Under the pieces are notes generated by a model. It made no database searches, was not told the origin of the DNA, and saw nothing but the letters and a program-made list of their open reading frames with translations. DNA of 64,000 nucleotides from an uncultured virus (IMG/VR IMGVR_UViG_3300048890_000135) (taxonomy: Duplodnaviria; Heunggongvirae; Uroviricota; Caudoviricetes), in IMG/VR virus record IMGVR_UViG_3300048890_000135; one strand, given 5' to 3'. Made by a program: the position numbers and the translations under genes. The first letter of the stretch is position 1; each line of letters begins with the position of its first letter. Positions 19,145-29,285 of the stretch are shown one piece after another.

Positions 19145-19987
19145 ATGAGAACCGTGCCCGTCGTCAATCTCGGCCAGGACGCGGCTCTGAAGGCCGCGTC
19201 CCCAGGAGAGCAGTGGTGGTCCCATCACATCATGAACACCAGGGCCTACGCCGAGGCCGCGCTCTCAGGAGATCAGGAAGGCGCGGTTGCGGCGCTCAAG
19301 GAACTCTGGAAAGCAGTTCTCGACTGGCAGGAGCTCACCGGATGCCCCGTCGCAGGAGCCCTCATGGGCGAGCACACGGTCTACGCCAAGCTCCTGGCGG
19401 ATTGCTTCGCAACGAAGGCGGGAGATGCCTGCACCGGAACCGCCGTCGACGCGGTGGGCCGCAACGTCGAGGCGCACCGGAAGTACTTCTTCGCGAATCC
19501 GGGCGAGTTCGCCGACCTCTTCGGGAGGCATTCCGAGCTCGCCGGCGCGTACATCACGGACCTTGCCGCCGGGGACACGAACAGCTTCGACGACAACTTC
19601 GAGGAGGCGATCCGGAACGGCCACGACCTCGCCGAATTCACCGATCGGGTCATCATCCCAGCTCGAGAACTTCTGAAGAGTGGTTCCAAGAGTGGTCTGA
19701 GCGGCGCACACCGGTCCAGACTCGGCCAGGCGTCCCAGACCAACTACATCTCCACCGCGGATTTCCGGGCCTATGTCGAGCAGGCCAACGCTTCGATGAA
19801 GGCGATCGCCGACATCGCGCGGGCCTACGACCTCTCGAACGAGGATCTCCAGAAGATCAACAGTGAGATCGGGAAGGTCTCCGGATTCACGCTTCCGATG
19901 GCGAACGTTCCGTCCCAGGGCCCGTCTCCATGGCTCCTGGCCGCGGGAGGTCTCTTCCTCGGAATCATCGTGGGGACCGCGGTCTAG
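19145..19987 (+). CDS. Hypothetical protein with C-terminal TM anchor (LGQ-motif group)
   Basis: VVNLGQ and SRLGQ; ends WLLAAGGLFLGIIVGTAV. Confidence 0.6.
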   Translation: MRTVPVVNLGQDAALKAASPGEQWWSHHIMNTRAYAEAALSGDQEGAVAALKELWKAVLDWQELTGCPVAGALMGEHTVYAKLLADCFATKAGDACTGTAVDAVGRNVEAHRKYFFANPGEFADLFGRHSELAGAYITDLAAGDTNSFDDNFEEAIRNGHDLAEFTDRVIIPARELLKSGSKSGLSGAHRSRLGQASQTNYISTADFRAYVEQANASMKAIADIARAYDLSNEDLQKINSEIGKVSGFTLPMANVPSQGPSPWLLAAGGLFLGIIVGTAV

Positions 19988-19999
19988 CGCGGCCGCGCC

Positions 20000-20311
20000 G
20001 TGACGCTTCAATTCTTCTCTCGCTGCGTTGAGTGGCCCATTCCCGTCGAAGACTTGAACGAAATGGTCTCGAGGGCAAAAGACATCAGTCGGAAGACCTT
20101 CCTCAAGTCCGTGGACGCGGAAGAGATGCGCCAGATTGAGCGAGACCTGGGATATGTGCGGGATCCGCGCCACGGCCTGACCATGGCCAACGATTTCCAC
20201 GTCAGCTACCACCGTTCGACGCTCAGGGGTTGCCCGGCGGTCTATTTCATATGGTCGGCGATCGAGCATGTGTTCACCGACCTCAATTGCCTGGAGAGGA
20301 GCGGACCATGA
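20000..20311 (+). CDS. Hypothetical phage protein
   Basis: Coding-like frame, WSAIEHVF end. Confidence 0.6.
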   Translation: MTLQFFSRCVEWPIPVEDLNEMVSRAKDISRKTFLKSVDAEEMRQIERDLGYVRDPRHGLTMANDFHVSYHRSTLRGCPAVYFIWSAIEHVFTDLNCLERSGP

Positions 20312-20760
20312 AGGGCGAAGATCAGGGGTCGTCGATCGCATTCTATCTGGCCGAGGCGCTCTATCGCCTTGGTTTTCCGTGGGACAAGGTCGGCGACGAA
20401 GGTCTCAAGATCGTCGAACGGTTCACCTCAGAAGAGGTGGAGGTAGAAACCGACAAAGGCATCCTGAAGGGAATGCGCGACTACTTCGAAAAGATCAAGA
20501 GCGACCCTCCCGACATTCCTCCGATGACCTTCGACAGTCACCTCTCGCCTTCCGAGTATGTCGTTCTTGATGACCTCATCAGGTCGCTCGAGGACTTGGC
20601 TGGACACCTGCCGTGGGTTGCCGCGCCGATCTACGACATCCTGGACGACTACAACGAGTATCTCGAGTCCATCAACGCCTCGGAAAAACTCCATGAGCGT
20701 TCCAGCCGGCTGCGCCATTCCATCAGCGATCTCGAGGATCGCGCAGCTGGGAGAGGGTGA
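20308..20760 (+). CDS. Acidic hypothetical protein
   Basis: RBS GAGGAG; ATGA coupling. Confidence 0.6.
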   Translation: MKGEDQGSSIAFYLAEALYRLGFPWDKVGDEGLKIVERFTSEEVEVETDKGILKGMRDYFEKIKSDPPDIPPMTFDSHLSPSEYVVLDDLIRSLEDLAGHLPWVAAPIYDILDDYNEYLESINASEKLHERSSRLRHSISDLEDRAAGRG

Positions 20761-20894
20761 TGTCCTACGACTGGACGACGGGTCATTGCAAGGACTGCGG
20801 GAAGTTCGTCCGAGACGGTGAGGGCGTCCAGGAGCAAATCGAAGACGGAGAGATTCTCAGGTTCTGCGTGAAGTGTCACACCAAGAGGTGCGAG

Positions 20895-21965
20895 TTACCT
20901 GCACCGGCACCGGCAGATCGCGCAGTCGCTGCAATAGACGCAGAAGGTATCGGCTCCGCACGAGCAGCGGCCGGTTGAGTCATCCGGGCCCTTGAGAGAA
21001 GCGCCGCCGGCGCCCCTGAATAGGAGCGAGACGCGCTTCGGAAGATCGGTCGCGGAGAACACATTGAAGAGTTCCAGGTCGTCCTCCCGGCGTCCGTAGG
21101 CCAGGTGCCCCGAGCTCCAGCACCAGCTGCAGTTCTGGCAGGTGATTTTCCCGTCGATCTTCTTGTATTCGGGGCTGCGCTCCACGGGACAGACCGGAGA
21201 CCCTCCCATCTGGGAAACGACCGCCTTCATACCGCTCTTGTCCCGGAAGATGAGTTCGACGTTTTCCGGAGGAAGATCCTTGTCGTCCGCGGCAAGCCAC
21301 GCTCGGATGGCGGTCGGAATGAGGTCGACTTTCGGGACGCGAGTTTCGCGATCGCACGAGAGGACAAGCCTCATATTCTCGAGCCCCGCCAGACGGCGAA
21401 GAGGCTTCAGGAACTCCTTCCGGATCGTCCCTTTCCCGTCCTGCCAGGATCTTGTGTAGGCGTAGAAGCGGGTGTACTTCCGGCCTTGGACGATCTCCGA
21501 CCAGAGATTCGCGTAGTCCGGGCTGAAGAAATCTCCCCCAACATGGACCCGGACGACGCCGGTGAGCATGGCGTTTTTCCAGATCTCAACGAAGTTTTCC
21601 GGGAAGAGCGTAACGTAGGCCCAGTTCACGTAATAGACCCACTCATTCATCATGAAGAGGGCGTGTTTTGCGTAGCAGAGGCCTTCGCAGAATTCCGTAG
21701 CGCCAGGGCAGGTGGCGCCGCGGAAGTTCTGTCCGGCTGGGAGGGAGAACTGGGACATCGCGCCGATCTTTGCGTTCCCGAGGACGATGTTGACGCCGAT
21801 CTGGTCGGCTTCCTTGATGTAGCCGAGGATCTTTGATTTCCTCTCCTTGAACTCGTCCTTCGAGCGCTTGTCGGGGAAGTCCGCTGGAGTCGGGAGAAGC
21901 TCGTCGACGCGGTCGATGATCGCGCGTCGTTCGGGGCTGCGCTTCGGGAAGCTGCCGTAGATCAC
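20895..21965 (-). CDS. Gp88-like protein (radical-SAM-related, Cys-cluster)
   Basis: GNAKIG, FSLPAG, TCPGATEFCEGLCYA, RVHVGGDF, FYAYTRSW, CP...CQNCSWCW; GTG start overlaps upstream TAG. Confidence 0.65.
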   Translation of the reverse strand: MIYGSFPKRSPERRAIIDRVDELLPTPADFPDKRSKDEFKERKSKILGYIKEADQIGVNIVLGNAKIGAMSQFSLPAGQNFRGATCPGATEFCEGLCYAKHALFMMNEWVYYVNWAYVTLFPENFVEIWKNAMLTGVVRVHVGGDFFSPDYANLWSEIVQGRKYTRFYAYTRSWQDGKGTIRKEFLKPLRRLAGLENMRLVLSCDRETRVPKVDLIPTAIRAWLAADDKDLPPENVELIFRDKSGMKAVVSQMGGSPVCPVERSPEYKKIDGKITCQNCSWCWSSGHLAYGRREDDLELFNVFSATDLPKRVSLLFRGAGGASLKGPDDSTGRCSCGADTFCVYCSDCAICRCRCR

Positions 21966-22201
21966 TAGGGCCCTCCGGAAGGCTCCAGGGCTTGGTCGAT
22001 CTGGAGCTCGGTGAGCAGGCGTTCGACCCATCCATCCGGCGCTACCGGATCCGGCTGGACGGTGGAAGCTGCAGTGTCGAAGGATTCTGCCTCGAGCTTC
22101 GGGTGATCCTTCAGGAAGCGGACGCGGACGTCCTGCACGAAATCTGGGGAGTATCCCGCTTGAAGGATGACGTCGGCGACATCCGAGAATGGAACTCCCA
22201 T
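21965..22201 (-). CDS. Small hypothetical protein
   Basis: Stop coupled to start of Gp88-like gene. Confidence 0.55.
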   Translation of the reverse strand: MGVPFSDVADVILQAGYSPDFVQDVRVRFLKDHPKLEAESFDTAASTVQPDPVAPDGWVERLLTELQIDQALEPSGGP

Positions 22202-22485
22202 CGACTCAAAGTCTACCCGGCCTTGCGCGCGCGGTCCAGCGTGGCGTATATTCTGTTGGATGGAAAACGGGAAGTTGCCCGACTATCACGGCCAGCTCGC
22301 GCCCGCCCCCTGGGGCCAAGTGAGCCTCACCAAGCGGAACCGGAGGATCCTCCGGGTCGGGGCCTCCAAGGGCTGCCCCAGTTGTAAGGGTTTCGGATTT
22401 ACGGGAGGCCCGGAGCTCGGGACTCCTTGCTCGTGCCTTAATGCATCCTTGCCTCCGAGGCGGTCGGCGGTATAATCAGACATTA

Positions 22486-22953
22486 ATGGACTTCTACGCG
22501 AGGCGTACAGACCTCTCGCCGGTCCTGGGTCTTGAAGAAGGCGAGACCCGAAAAGTGTGCCCTCCGGGCACCGTGAAGTCGTATCTCACGCATTTTCCGT
22601 GGTCAGAGTGCATCCCAGAAGAGCAGGCGCTCCAGCCGCGTCGGTTCCCAGCAAATATCCCAAGACCTGGGCCGACGGCAACGACCACGCGCCCTGACGG
22701 TGGCCTTCCTCCGGCGCCCGAGCCTCTCCCTCCGCCGCCGCCGGCGCCCGCGGCCCCCGCGCCTCTTCCTCCTCCCAAAAAAGCCCGGTTCCTTTCCGTG
22801 AACTATCAGAGCGGAGAAATTGTCGATCCGGACACGGGCGCCGTGGTCGAAACCGCGACGGCTTACTCGATCGACACCGTCGACGCGGTAGCGGCGGTCG
22901 CGGGTCTCGGTTTTGTGGCGGTGCTTCTCGCATTGGCAGGGGTTTTCGAGTAG
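22486..22953 (+). CDS. Pro-rich protein with C-terminal TM anchor
   Basis: PPPPPPAPAAP linker; hydrophobic C-terminus; TATAAT at 22471. Confidence 0.65.
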   Translation: MDFYARRTDLSPVLGLEEGETRKVCPPGTVKSYLTHFPWSECIPEEQALQPRRFPANIPRPGPTATTTRPDGGLPPAPEPLPPPPPAPAAPAPLPPPKKARFLSVNYQSGEIVDPDTGAVVETATAYSIDTVDAVAAVAGLGFVAVLLALAGVFE

Positions 22954-22963
22954 GGAGCTGATC

Positions 22964-23179
22964 ATGAGCCAGGCGGACGACCTCGCGTTCTACGCAGAGA
23001 TCAAACCGGACCTGATCGAGAAGGGCCTTGAGGGGATGTTCGTCCTCATCAAGGATGCCGCGCTCGTCGACGTCTATCCGAGCTACAAGGACGCCTATGA
23101 CGCGGCGATCGCCCAGTTCGGACAGGCCCAGGTCACGATCAAGAAAGTCGAGCTCCAGGAACCGGTGGAGATAATCTGA
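22964..23179 (+). CDS. DUF5678-like small protein
   Basis: LEGMFVLIKD...YKDAYDAAIAQFG; coupled to protease gene. Confidence 0.55.
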   Translation: MSQADDLAFYAEIKPDLIEKGLEGMFVLIKDAALVDVYPSYKDAYDAAIAQFGQAQVTIKKVELQEPVEII

Positions 23180-23712
23180 TGGACCCGAACGCGCTTCGTC
23201 ATTTCGGAACGGCCCTTCCGGTGGCGCCGAAATTTCTTCGCCCCAGCCGGATGGCCGGAGCGCCTCGCCGTATCATGCTGGGTCAGGGCTTCTCCCAGGA
23301 TGCCGAGGAGTTCCGGAAGCGCGGAGCGATGCTGCCGATCCAGGTTGGGATCCCTTCTTCCCTGGCGGCGCAGATGCAGGCCCAGGGCCAGACCCCTCCT
23401 CCCCCAGAAGAGCTCACGGCGATCGTCGATACGGGCGCTTCGATCACCGCGATCGACGTCACCGTCGCCAAGCGTCTGGGCCTTCCGGTAACCGGTTCGA
23501 TGGACATTGCGGGGGCGACAGGCGCCGCCTCGCAGCCTCTTTTCGCCGCGCTCTTCCGTCTTCCGGATCCGTTCATCGAGTGGGATCCCATGCCGATTGC
23601 CGGCGCGCAGCTGCCGAACGCGCCGTTCTCGGTCCTCCTTGGACGGAACGTTCTCTGCAGCATGACCCTTTCATACGACGGAAAGTCAGGACGCTTCTCC
23701 TTGGTCCTCTAG
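23179..23712 (+). CDS. Retropepsin-like aspartic protease
   Basis: AIVDTGAS active site; VLLGRNVL motif. Confidence 0.8.
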   Translation: MDPNALRHFGTALPVAPKFLRPSRMAGAPRRIMLGQGFSQDAEEFRKRGAMLPIQVGIPSSLAAQMQAQGQTPPPPEELTAIVDTGASITAIDVTVAKRLGLPVTGSMDIAGATGAASQPLFAALFRLPDPFIEWDPMPIAGAQLPNAPFSVLLGRNVLCSMTLSYDGKSGRFSLVL

Positions 23713-23722
23713 AGCTTTCCTC

Positions 23723-23750
23723 TTGACGTCATTGGTATACGGCGTATACT
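23723..23750 (+). promoter_or_regulatory. Promoter with GTATAC-N3-GTATAC operator (copy 5)
   Basis: TTGACG 23723-23728, TATACT 23745-23750; GTATAC at 23735 and 23744. Confidence 0.75.
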
Positions 23751-23757
23751 CAATGAC

Positions 23758-24108
23758 ATGCCGAGGATCAAGCGCCCGGAAATCGGTTCCTTCACCAGTG
23801 AGATCCCTCCAGGCGTCCGGTCGTTCGCGAGCGACCTTTTGGACTACTCCTACGGAAAGAAGCGCGTCTATGCTGCTCATCTGGTGGTCACGCTGTGCCG
23901 CTTCGGCCGGTGGCTATCGTGGGCGTTTTTCCCATCCTTTCGATTCTTCCCAGGCCTGACCGATTCGGTCGACGGGGCAATGTCCTGGGAGATGAAGGCA
24001 AAAATTTCCATTCGGCCGGACCCCAGGGTTCCGTTCGTGCTCGCGGCCACCGGAGCGATGGGGGCGATCATCGCCAGCCGCAGTTTCAGGGTGAAGAAGG
24101 GGGCTTGA
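23758..24108 (+). CDS. Hypothetical protein
   Basis: ATG 7 nt after -10 element. Confidence 0.55.
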   Translation: MPRIKRPEIGSFTSEIPPGVRSFASDLLDYSYGKKRVYAAHLVVTLCRFGRWLSWAFFPSFRFFPGLTDSVDGAMSWEMKAKISIRPDPRVPFVLAATGAMGAIIASRSFRVKKGA

Positions 24109-24620
24109 TGGACTACGGAAGGCTTTTCCTGTTCATGGCCGCGGCGACGGGCGTCATGGCCATCGGGACCCACCTCTGGTGCTGGGCCTACCGCGTCGTC
24201 GAGCGCGCCGTCTTCCGTCGAAAGCTGGCAAGCCTCTGCCAGACCTGGGAACGCGAGTGCCTTGAGGACGACGAGATCGAACGGCGGCGTGCGGTCGCCC
24301 CTCGATACATGACCTGGGAACAGGCCATGAACGACTTCCGGGGAGGTCTTCCGATTGATGACGTTCTCGACAGGCTCAACGGGCAGTTCCCGCCTCGCGC
24401 GGCCGACATTCAGAAGGGCGTTCCCGGGCCCATTTCCGGATCCATAAATTCCGGGATCAGCGGGCCCGCCCTTGTTGCAGTTCTGACGACGGTGGCGGTT
24501 TTCGCGTGCCTTTACGGAATCGGATTCAAGCCTGAGGGGCTTGAGTATCTGATCCAAAAGGCCAGAGAGCAGTTCGGGAACAATCCGCCGACACCCCCGA
24601 CGCCTGGAGGAAAAGCGTGA
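24108..24620 (+). CDS. Membrane protein
   Basis: Two TM segments; TGATG coupling. Confidence 0.6.
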   Translation: MDYGRLFLFMAAATGVMAIGTHLWCWAYRVVERAVFRRKLASLCQTWERECLEDDEIERRRAVAPRYMTWEQAMNDFRGGLPIDDVLDRLNGQFPPRAADIQKGVPGPISGSINSGISGPALVAVLTTVAVFACLYGIGFKPEGLEYLIQKAREQFGNNPPTPPTPGGKA

Positions 24621-24811
24621 TCGCTTTCCTTTGGTCGTGCATTGTCGGAGCCGGATTCATGATCTCCGGATTCCTTCTTCGTGACATGGAGTTCCGCCTC
24701 TCGGCGATCACCTTCTTCGCCACCTGTGCGTGGTTCGCGTTTCCGAAGATCCCGATGTGGCTGATTCGGCAGGCCGGAAGACTTCTCCACGCCCAACGGA
24801 AGACCGCTTGA
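24617..24811 (+). CDS. Small membrane protein
   Basis: RBS GGAGG; two hydrophobic segments. Confidence 0.55.
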   Translation: MIAFLWSCIVGAGFMISGFLLRDMEFRLSAITFFATCAWFAFPKIPMWLIRQAGRLLHAQRKTA

Positions 24812-24827
24812 ATCAAGGAAGCTGACG

Positions 24828-25268
24828 ATGGACATGTCTCCGGAAGATGGTGCGCTTCTCGGCCTTTCGACGCTCGGACCCGGAAACTACTTCAAGCATC
24901 CGGACAAGATCGTGGGCAAGGACGGAACCCAGGCGGCGGCCAGAAGCTTCGACAAGGAACTCCTCAACCGCTTGGTCTCAGACGGTCTGGCTATCTACGA
25001 CCAGAAATGGGAGGGCTACGCGCTCTCCCAGGCAGGAGGCAGGCGCGTCGCGCACATCATGCTCATCGAGACGCCGCTCGAACCCATTCACGCTCTCGAG
25101 GCCCTCGTCAAGATCTGCGGCGCGTCCATCGGGATCAGGAAAGGCGTGGACGAGGTGTTCATCGTGACCATCGTGATGATGGAAACGGCTTACGTCGCGG
25201 CCGACAAGGATCTGGGGAAGGCCGTGCTCCAGGCCAAGCGGAAGGTGGACGAGCGCCTGATCGGATAG
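24828..25268 (+). CDS. Hypothetical protein
   Basis: RBS AAGGA. Confidence 0.6.
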   Translation: MDMSPEDGALLGLSTLGPGNYFKHPDKIVGKDGTQAAARSFDKELLNRLVSDGLAIYDQKWEGYALSQAGGRRVAHIMLIETPLEPIHALEALVKICGASIGIRKGVDEVFIVTIVMMETAYVAADKDLGKAVLQAKRKVDERLIG

Positions 25269-25445
25269 CGGCGCTGGACGTGTCGGGGGAGGGGCGGTGG
25301 TTGTCTGCAAGGAATGTCACGGGGAGAAAACGCGCGTCGCCAAGCAGGGCGGCGGATACCGATATGTCTGCTGGTGTAAGGAGTGGAAGGAAATCCTGAA
25401 GCTCCTGGATGTCGCAAGAATAAGAGAAAGGAAGAGGGGACGTTG

Positions 25446-27245
25446 ATGGCGAAGCTTCGGATCTCCAAGAGCCGGGCCCTTCCGATCGACGCGGTCACCC
25501 AGCGGATTTCGATTCTCGGAAAGACAAGGTCCGGGAAGAGTCACACCGCCGGCGTCATCGTCGAGGAAGTGCTCAAAGCCCACCAGCAGGTCGTGATCAT
25601 GGACCCCAAGGGCGACTGGTGGGGCCTTCGGTCGAGCGCCGACGGAAAGTCGGCGGGTCTTCCGATCACGCTCATGGGCGGAAAGCACGGAGACGTTCCC
25701 CTCGAGCCGACCGCTGGAGCCTTGATCGCCGATCTTGTCGTGGACGAAGGGGTGTCCGTTGTCCTTGATTTTTCCCTCTTCGACTCCAAGGCCGACGAGA
25801 TCCGATTCGCGACCACCTTCCTCGACCGCTTCTATCGGAAGAGCACCAAGCCCGTCCTCTTGGTCGTCGACGAGGCCGACGTCTTCGCCCCACAGCACCC
25901 GGAAAAGAACGAGACGGTGATGCTGAACCGTATGGAGACGATCTGCCGCCGAGGCGCGGGTCGTGGGATCGGTGTCGTTCTCGTCTCCCAGCGGTCTGCA
26001 GCCCTTCACAAGGGATGCCTTTCCCAGACCGAACTCATGGTTGCCCATCAGACGACCGCCCCTCAGGACAAGGACGCGATCAAGGAGTGGGTCGTCGACC
26101 ATGCCGACAAAGAGCGGCGCGAAGAGTTCATGAATCGGATCACGAAGCTTCCTCAAGGGACAGCGATCCTCTGGTCGCCCTCGTGGCTCGAGATCTACGA
26201 GGAAGTCGGCATTCGCCGGAAGGAGACCTACGACTCCGGAGATGCTCCCCGCGTCGGGAAGCGTCGAAAGGCGCCCAAGGTGCTCGCCCAGGTGGATCTC
26301 GAACGCCTGAAGAAGCACATGGCCGAGACGATCGAGAAGGCGAAGCAGGAGGATCCGAAGTTGCTCCGGGCTGAGATCCAGCGTCTCCGTGCCGAACTCT
26401 TCAAGAAGCCTGCGTCCGTTCCTGCGCCGGTGAAGACCATCAAGGCCGAGCCGGTTTTCAAAGACCGGATCGTCAAAGTTCCGGCTCTCAAGAGCGGCGA
26501 GATCAAGAAGCTCCGGAAGATCGTCGACCGCGTCGAGGAGATGAAGTTCGGTCTCGGTTCATCGGTCAAGTCGCTCGAGGCCATCTCGAATCTCATCTCC
26601 CAGGCGATCGGGAATCCGGTTGAAGGGGTGCAGCAGAAGCGGGAGGCTCCCGTGCTTCGCGCCGTGGTCACCCCGCCGCGCGAGCGCGTTCAGCCCGTCC
26701 GTCATCAGCCGAAGCCCCCGAAGTCGCCCTCGCCGGCCTCTGAGAACGGCGAGGTCAATCTTCTGGCCGGGGAGCGGAAGATGCTCGAGGTGCTTGCCCA
26801 GTTCCATCCTGGAGTTCGGTCGAAGTCTCAGCTCGGTTCGCTTTCCGGCTATACGCCGAGCGGCGGGACATTCGGCACGTACCTGAGCACGCTTCGGAAG
26901 AACGGTCTGGTCAAAGAGGATCACCGGGGGGATCTTTCGATTACCGAGGCCGGGCTTGACTGGTTCGGGGGAGAGCGTCCTTCGGCACCCGCGACGACGA
27001 AAGAGCTTCTGGAGATGTGGCGCAGCAAACTTCTGGCTGGCGAACGGAAGATGCTTGACATCCTGGTCGAGAAGCATCCGGACTCCGTTTCAAAAGAAGA
27101 ACTTGGAGAGCAATCCGGGTACACTCATACCGGCGGCACTTTCGGGACCTACCTCAGCACGCTCCGGAAGAACGCCCTGGCGATCGTTGAGGGAGAGATG
27201 GTGAAGGCATCCGACGCACTCTTTGAACTCCAATCTGTGAAATAG
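25446..27245 (+). CDS. HerA/FtsK-superfamily ATPase (DUF87-like) with two C-terminal wHTH-like repeats
   Basis: GKTRSGKS, DPKGDW, LVVDEAD, VSQRSA; repeat LLAGERKML...GGTFGTYLSTLRKN twice. Confidence 0.8.
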   Translation: MAKLRISKSRALPIDAVTQRISILGKTRSGKSHTAGVIVEEVLKAHQQVVIMDPKGDWWGLRSSADGKSAGLPITLMGGKHGDVPLEPTAGALIADLVVDEGVSVVLDFSLFDSKADEIRFATTFLDRFYRKSTKPVLLVVDEADVFAPQHPEKNETVMLNRMETICRRGAGRGIGVVLVSQRSAALHKGCLSQTELMVAHQTTAPQDKDAIKEWVVDHADKERREEFMNRITKLPQGTAILWSPSWLEIYEEVGIRRKETYDSGDAPRVGKRRKAPKVLAQVDLERLKKHMAETIEKAKQEDPKLLRAEIQRLRAELFKKPASVPAPVKTIKAEPVFKDRIVKVPALKSGEIKKLRKIVDRVEEMKFGLGSSVKSLEAISNLISQAIGNPVEGVQQKREAPVLRAVVTPPRERVQPVRHQPKPPKSPSPASENGEVNLLAGERKMLEVLAQFHPGVRSKSQLGSLSGYTPSGGTFGTYLSTLRKNGLVKEDHRGDLSITEAGLDWFGGERPSAPATTKELLEMWRSKLLAGERKMLDILVEKHPDSVSKEELGEQSGYTHTGGTFGTYLSTLRKNALAIVEGEMVKASDALFELQSVK

Positions 27246-27249
27246 GGAT

Positions 27250-27603
27250 ATGTCTGGGAAGATCAGGCTCACGCCCGAAGAACTCCAACGCGCTCACGAT
27301 GGCATGTGCAGTGTCTCCATCGGAGATGGCCCGTGCTCGTGCCTCGTTCACTGGGTTGATGCCCTGCAGAAAGAAGTCGACGAACTCAAGCTCCAGAGAC
27401 GTGGATTCCAGATCATGTCCAGGAAGATCGTCGATGTCGCCGGGCAAATCCTCTGGAGGTCGGCGATCCAGGATGGCGACTACGAGCGTGTCGGCGGCGA
27501 TGCGGAATGCCAAGACTGCCGTCTCCCCTATCTCGAGCATCCACAGATTCCAGGGCTCCCAACATTCCACCTGACCTGCGGAGGAAAGGTCGTGAAGACG
27601 TGA
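27250..27603 (+). CDS. Hypothetical protein
   Basis: Fills operon; Cys/His motifs. Confidence 0.55.
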   Translation: MSGKIRLTPEELQRAHDGMCSVSIGDGPCSCLVHWVDALQKEVDELKLQRRGFQIMSRKIVDVAGQILWRSAIQDGDYERVGGDAECQDCRLPYLEHPQIPGLPTFHLTCGGKVVKT

Positions 27604-27986
27604 AGATCCTTATCTTCAAGGCCCCTTGTCCGATCTGTAAGAAGGTCGTCTTTCACGCCAAGGAGGAAGGGCAGGCCGTCCAATACTTCGAGGTCAAGGA
27701 GGCCAAGATGATGGTCATCGTGGCGACCCCGGAGATTGACGGAAAGAAAAGGATCGCGCTCGGTCCTTGTCAGCGCAAGGAGCCGTTTCACGGAGAGAAC
27801 GAGGAGCCTGTCATCTACTTCGCCCACCCGAAGCACGGCTGCGTTCCTCCGCCGCTTCCCCAGTCGAACAGCATCGACACATCGAGCAGCACCATGAGTA
27901 ATTCCGGTCAGGTGACGGAAGGCGTTCCGATGATATCGCCGCCGACCCACGCCCCGATCCAGGTCGATCCGGTGAAGAAAACCTGA
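27600..27986 (+). CDS. Hypothetical protein
   Basis: GTGA coupling; CPIC. Confidence 0.55.
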   Translation: MKILIFKAPCPICKKVVFHAKEEGQAVQYFEVKEAKMMVIVATPEIDGKKRIALGPCQRKEPFHGENEEPVIYFAHPKHGCVPPPLPQSNSIDTSSSTMSNSGQVTEGVPMISPPTHAPIQVDPVKKT

Positions 27987-27991
27987 GGCGG

Positions 27992-28591
27992 ATGGATATG
28001 GCAGTTCTCGTTCAAGCTCCGGCCAAGAAGCCGAAGCGCCGGATCCGGAAGGATTTCGAGACTGCCTCAATGGGGAAGTACCACAACCGCTTCCTCTTTG
28101 ATCTCTGCGGAGACGAGATTGCCAAATGTCTCGCCCGTCTTGAGGACCAGTCAAAGATCTACGAGTCCAGGTCCGCTGCAAGCCGCTGGAAGATGCGGAC
28201 GCGGGCTCTTTTCGTCGCGGCCTTCACGCTGAACGCGACGGCGATCTGGACCGCCAAACTTCTCACGAAGGGCACCTTCTCCATGGTCACGCAGTTCCGT
28301 TTCTTCAAGAAGCGGTGGCGGCTTGATCCGGTGGAATGGGGTCAGAACGCGAAGAGCTGCTTCGCCCGGGCGCTCTCCGGACATTCAGTAGGCCAAGATG
28401 CCGTCTGCGTGGATCGGCATCTTCAGAGGATGGACCTTCTCCCAAAGAATGCAGCCGAGCAGTGGCGGGACTGGTTTCGGATCTATGAAAGCCTGTACGG
28501 CCCAGGTGAGGCCGCTCTTTGCATCCGGTGGCACGTAGAAGTTCTAGACTGGATTGCGATGCTTAGGGGAAGGCCGTCGGCCTGGAAATGA
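27992..28591 (+). CDS. Hypothetical protein
   Basis: 199-aa frame; AVCVDRH weakly recalls HhH glycosylases. Confidence 0.55.
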   Translation: MDMAVLVQAPAKKPKRRIRKDFETASMGKYHNRFLFDLCGDEIAKCLARLEDQSKIYESRSAASRWKMRTRALFVAAFTLNATAIWTAKLLTKGTFSMVTQFRFFKKRWRLDPVEWGQNAKSCFARALSGHSVGQDAVCVDRHLQRMDLLPKNAAEQWRDWFRIYESLYGPGEAALCIRWHVEVLDWIAMLRGRPSAWK

Positions 28592-28860
28592 TGGAAGCGG
28601 ACGGAAGCTCCGGGAACTTCTGCAGCTACTGCAGTAAGGTCGGGCATCAGGCCGACCAGTGTCGGGAGCAGGTGAGCGATCACCGGATCGAGATCGCGGT
28701 CGGCTGCTTTGTCGGAGCGCTGCTCATTCCTTTCGCCTTCATCGGCCTCATCGCCGGCTTCGCCGGAAGCGCGCTGTGGGGAGGGATTAAGTACGGCTTC
28801 GATTCCTGGCCCAAGTGGACCGCCCAGATGAAGAAGCTCTTCCAGAAGAGGCAGACATGA
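28588..28860 (+). CDS. Membrane protein with CCHC zinc knuckle
   Basis: CSYCSKVGHQADQC then TM segment. Confidence 0.55.
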   Translation: MMEADGSSGNFCSYCSKVGHQADQCREQVSDHRIEIAVGCFVGALLIPFAFIGLIAGFAGSALWGGIKYGFDSWPKWTAQMKKLFQKRQT

Positions 28861-29285
28861 CCCAAGAACGCCTTGTCAAGGGTGCTGGAATCCTGGGAAG
28901 CCTGTGGCGGGAAGGCAACAGATGCGGCGCCGGGTGGTCCGGGATATGCGCCTGCATGACGGTGAAGACTTTCTGTCTTGGCAAGAAAAAATGGCTGAAA
29001 CTGGCCAAAGAGCTTCACGGAGGAACGTATCCTTACGATCTTTCCGGGGCGGAAGGCTTCCTTGTCCTGGAGTGCATGGACGAGGCCATGTTCAAGGCGA
29101 CCGGTGTCAAGATCCTGAAGGCCCTCCCTCCTGCGAGAGCTCTTCTTCGGATTCCCAGAAGCGAGAACTACTTCAGCGAGGTCTTGAAGACCGCTGAGAC
29201 GTATAGCGGAACCCAGGATGAGGCGACCGGCCCGATTGTTCGTGTCCAGGAGCTGTGGACGCCTTCGGAGGTAGTCGTTTCGTAG
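28857..29285 (+). CDS. Hypothetical protein
   Basis: ATGA coupling. Confidence 0.55.
   Translation: MTQERLVKGAGILGSLWREGNRCGAGWSGICACMTVKTFCLGKKKWLKLAKELHGGTYPYDLSGAEGFLVLECMDEAMFKATGVKILKALPPARALLRIPRSENYFSEVLKTAETYSGTQDEATGPIVRVQELWTPSEVVVS

Noticed and set aside
20895..22201. Frameshifted single gene joining 21965-22201 to the Gp88-like ORF
   Set aside because: The TAG/GTG one-base overlap is ordinary translational coupling, also seen at 52958 and 55640.
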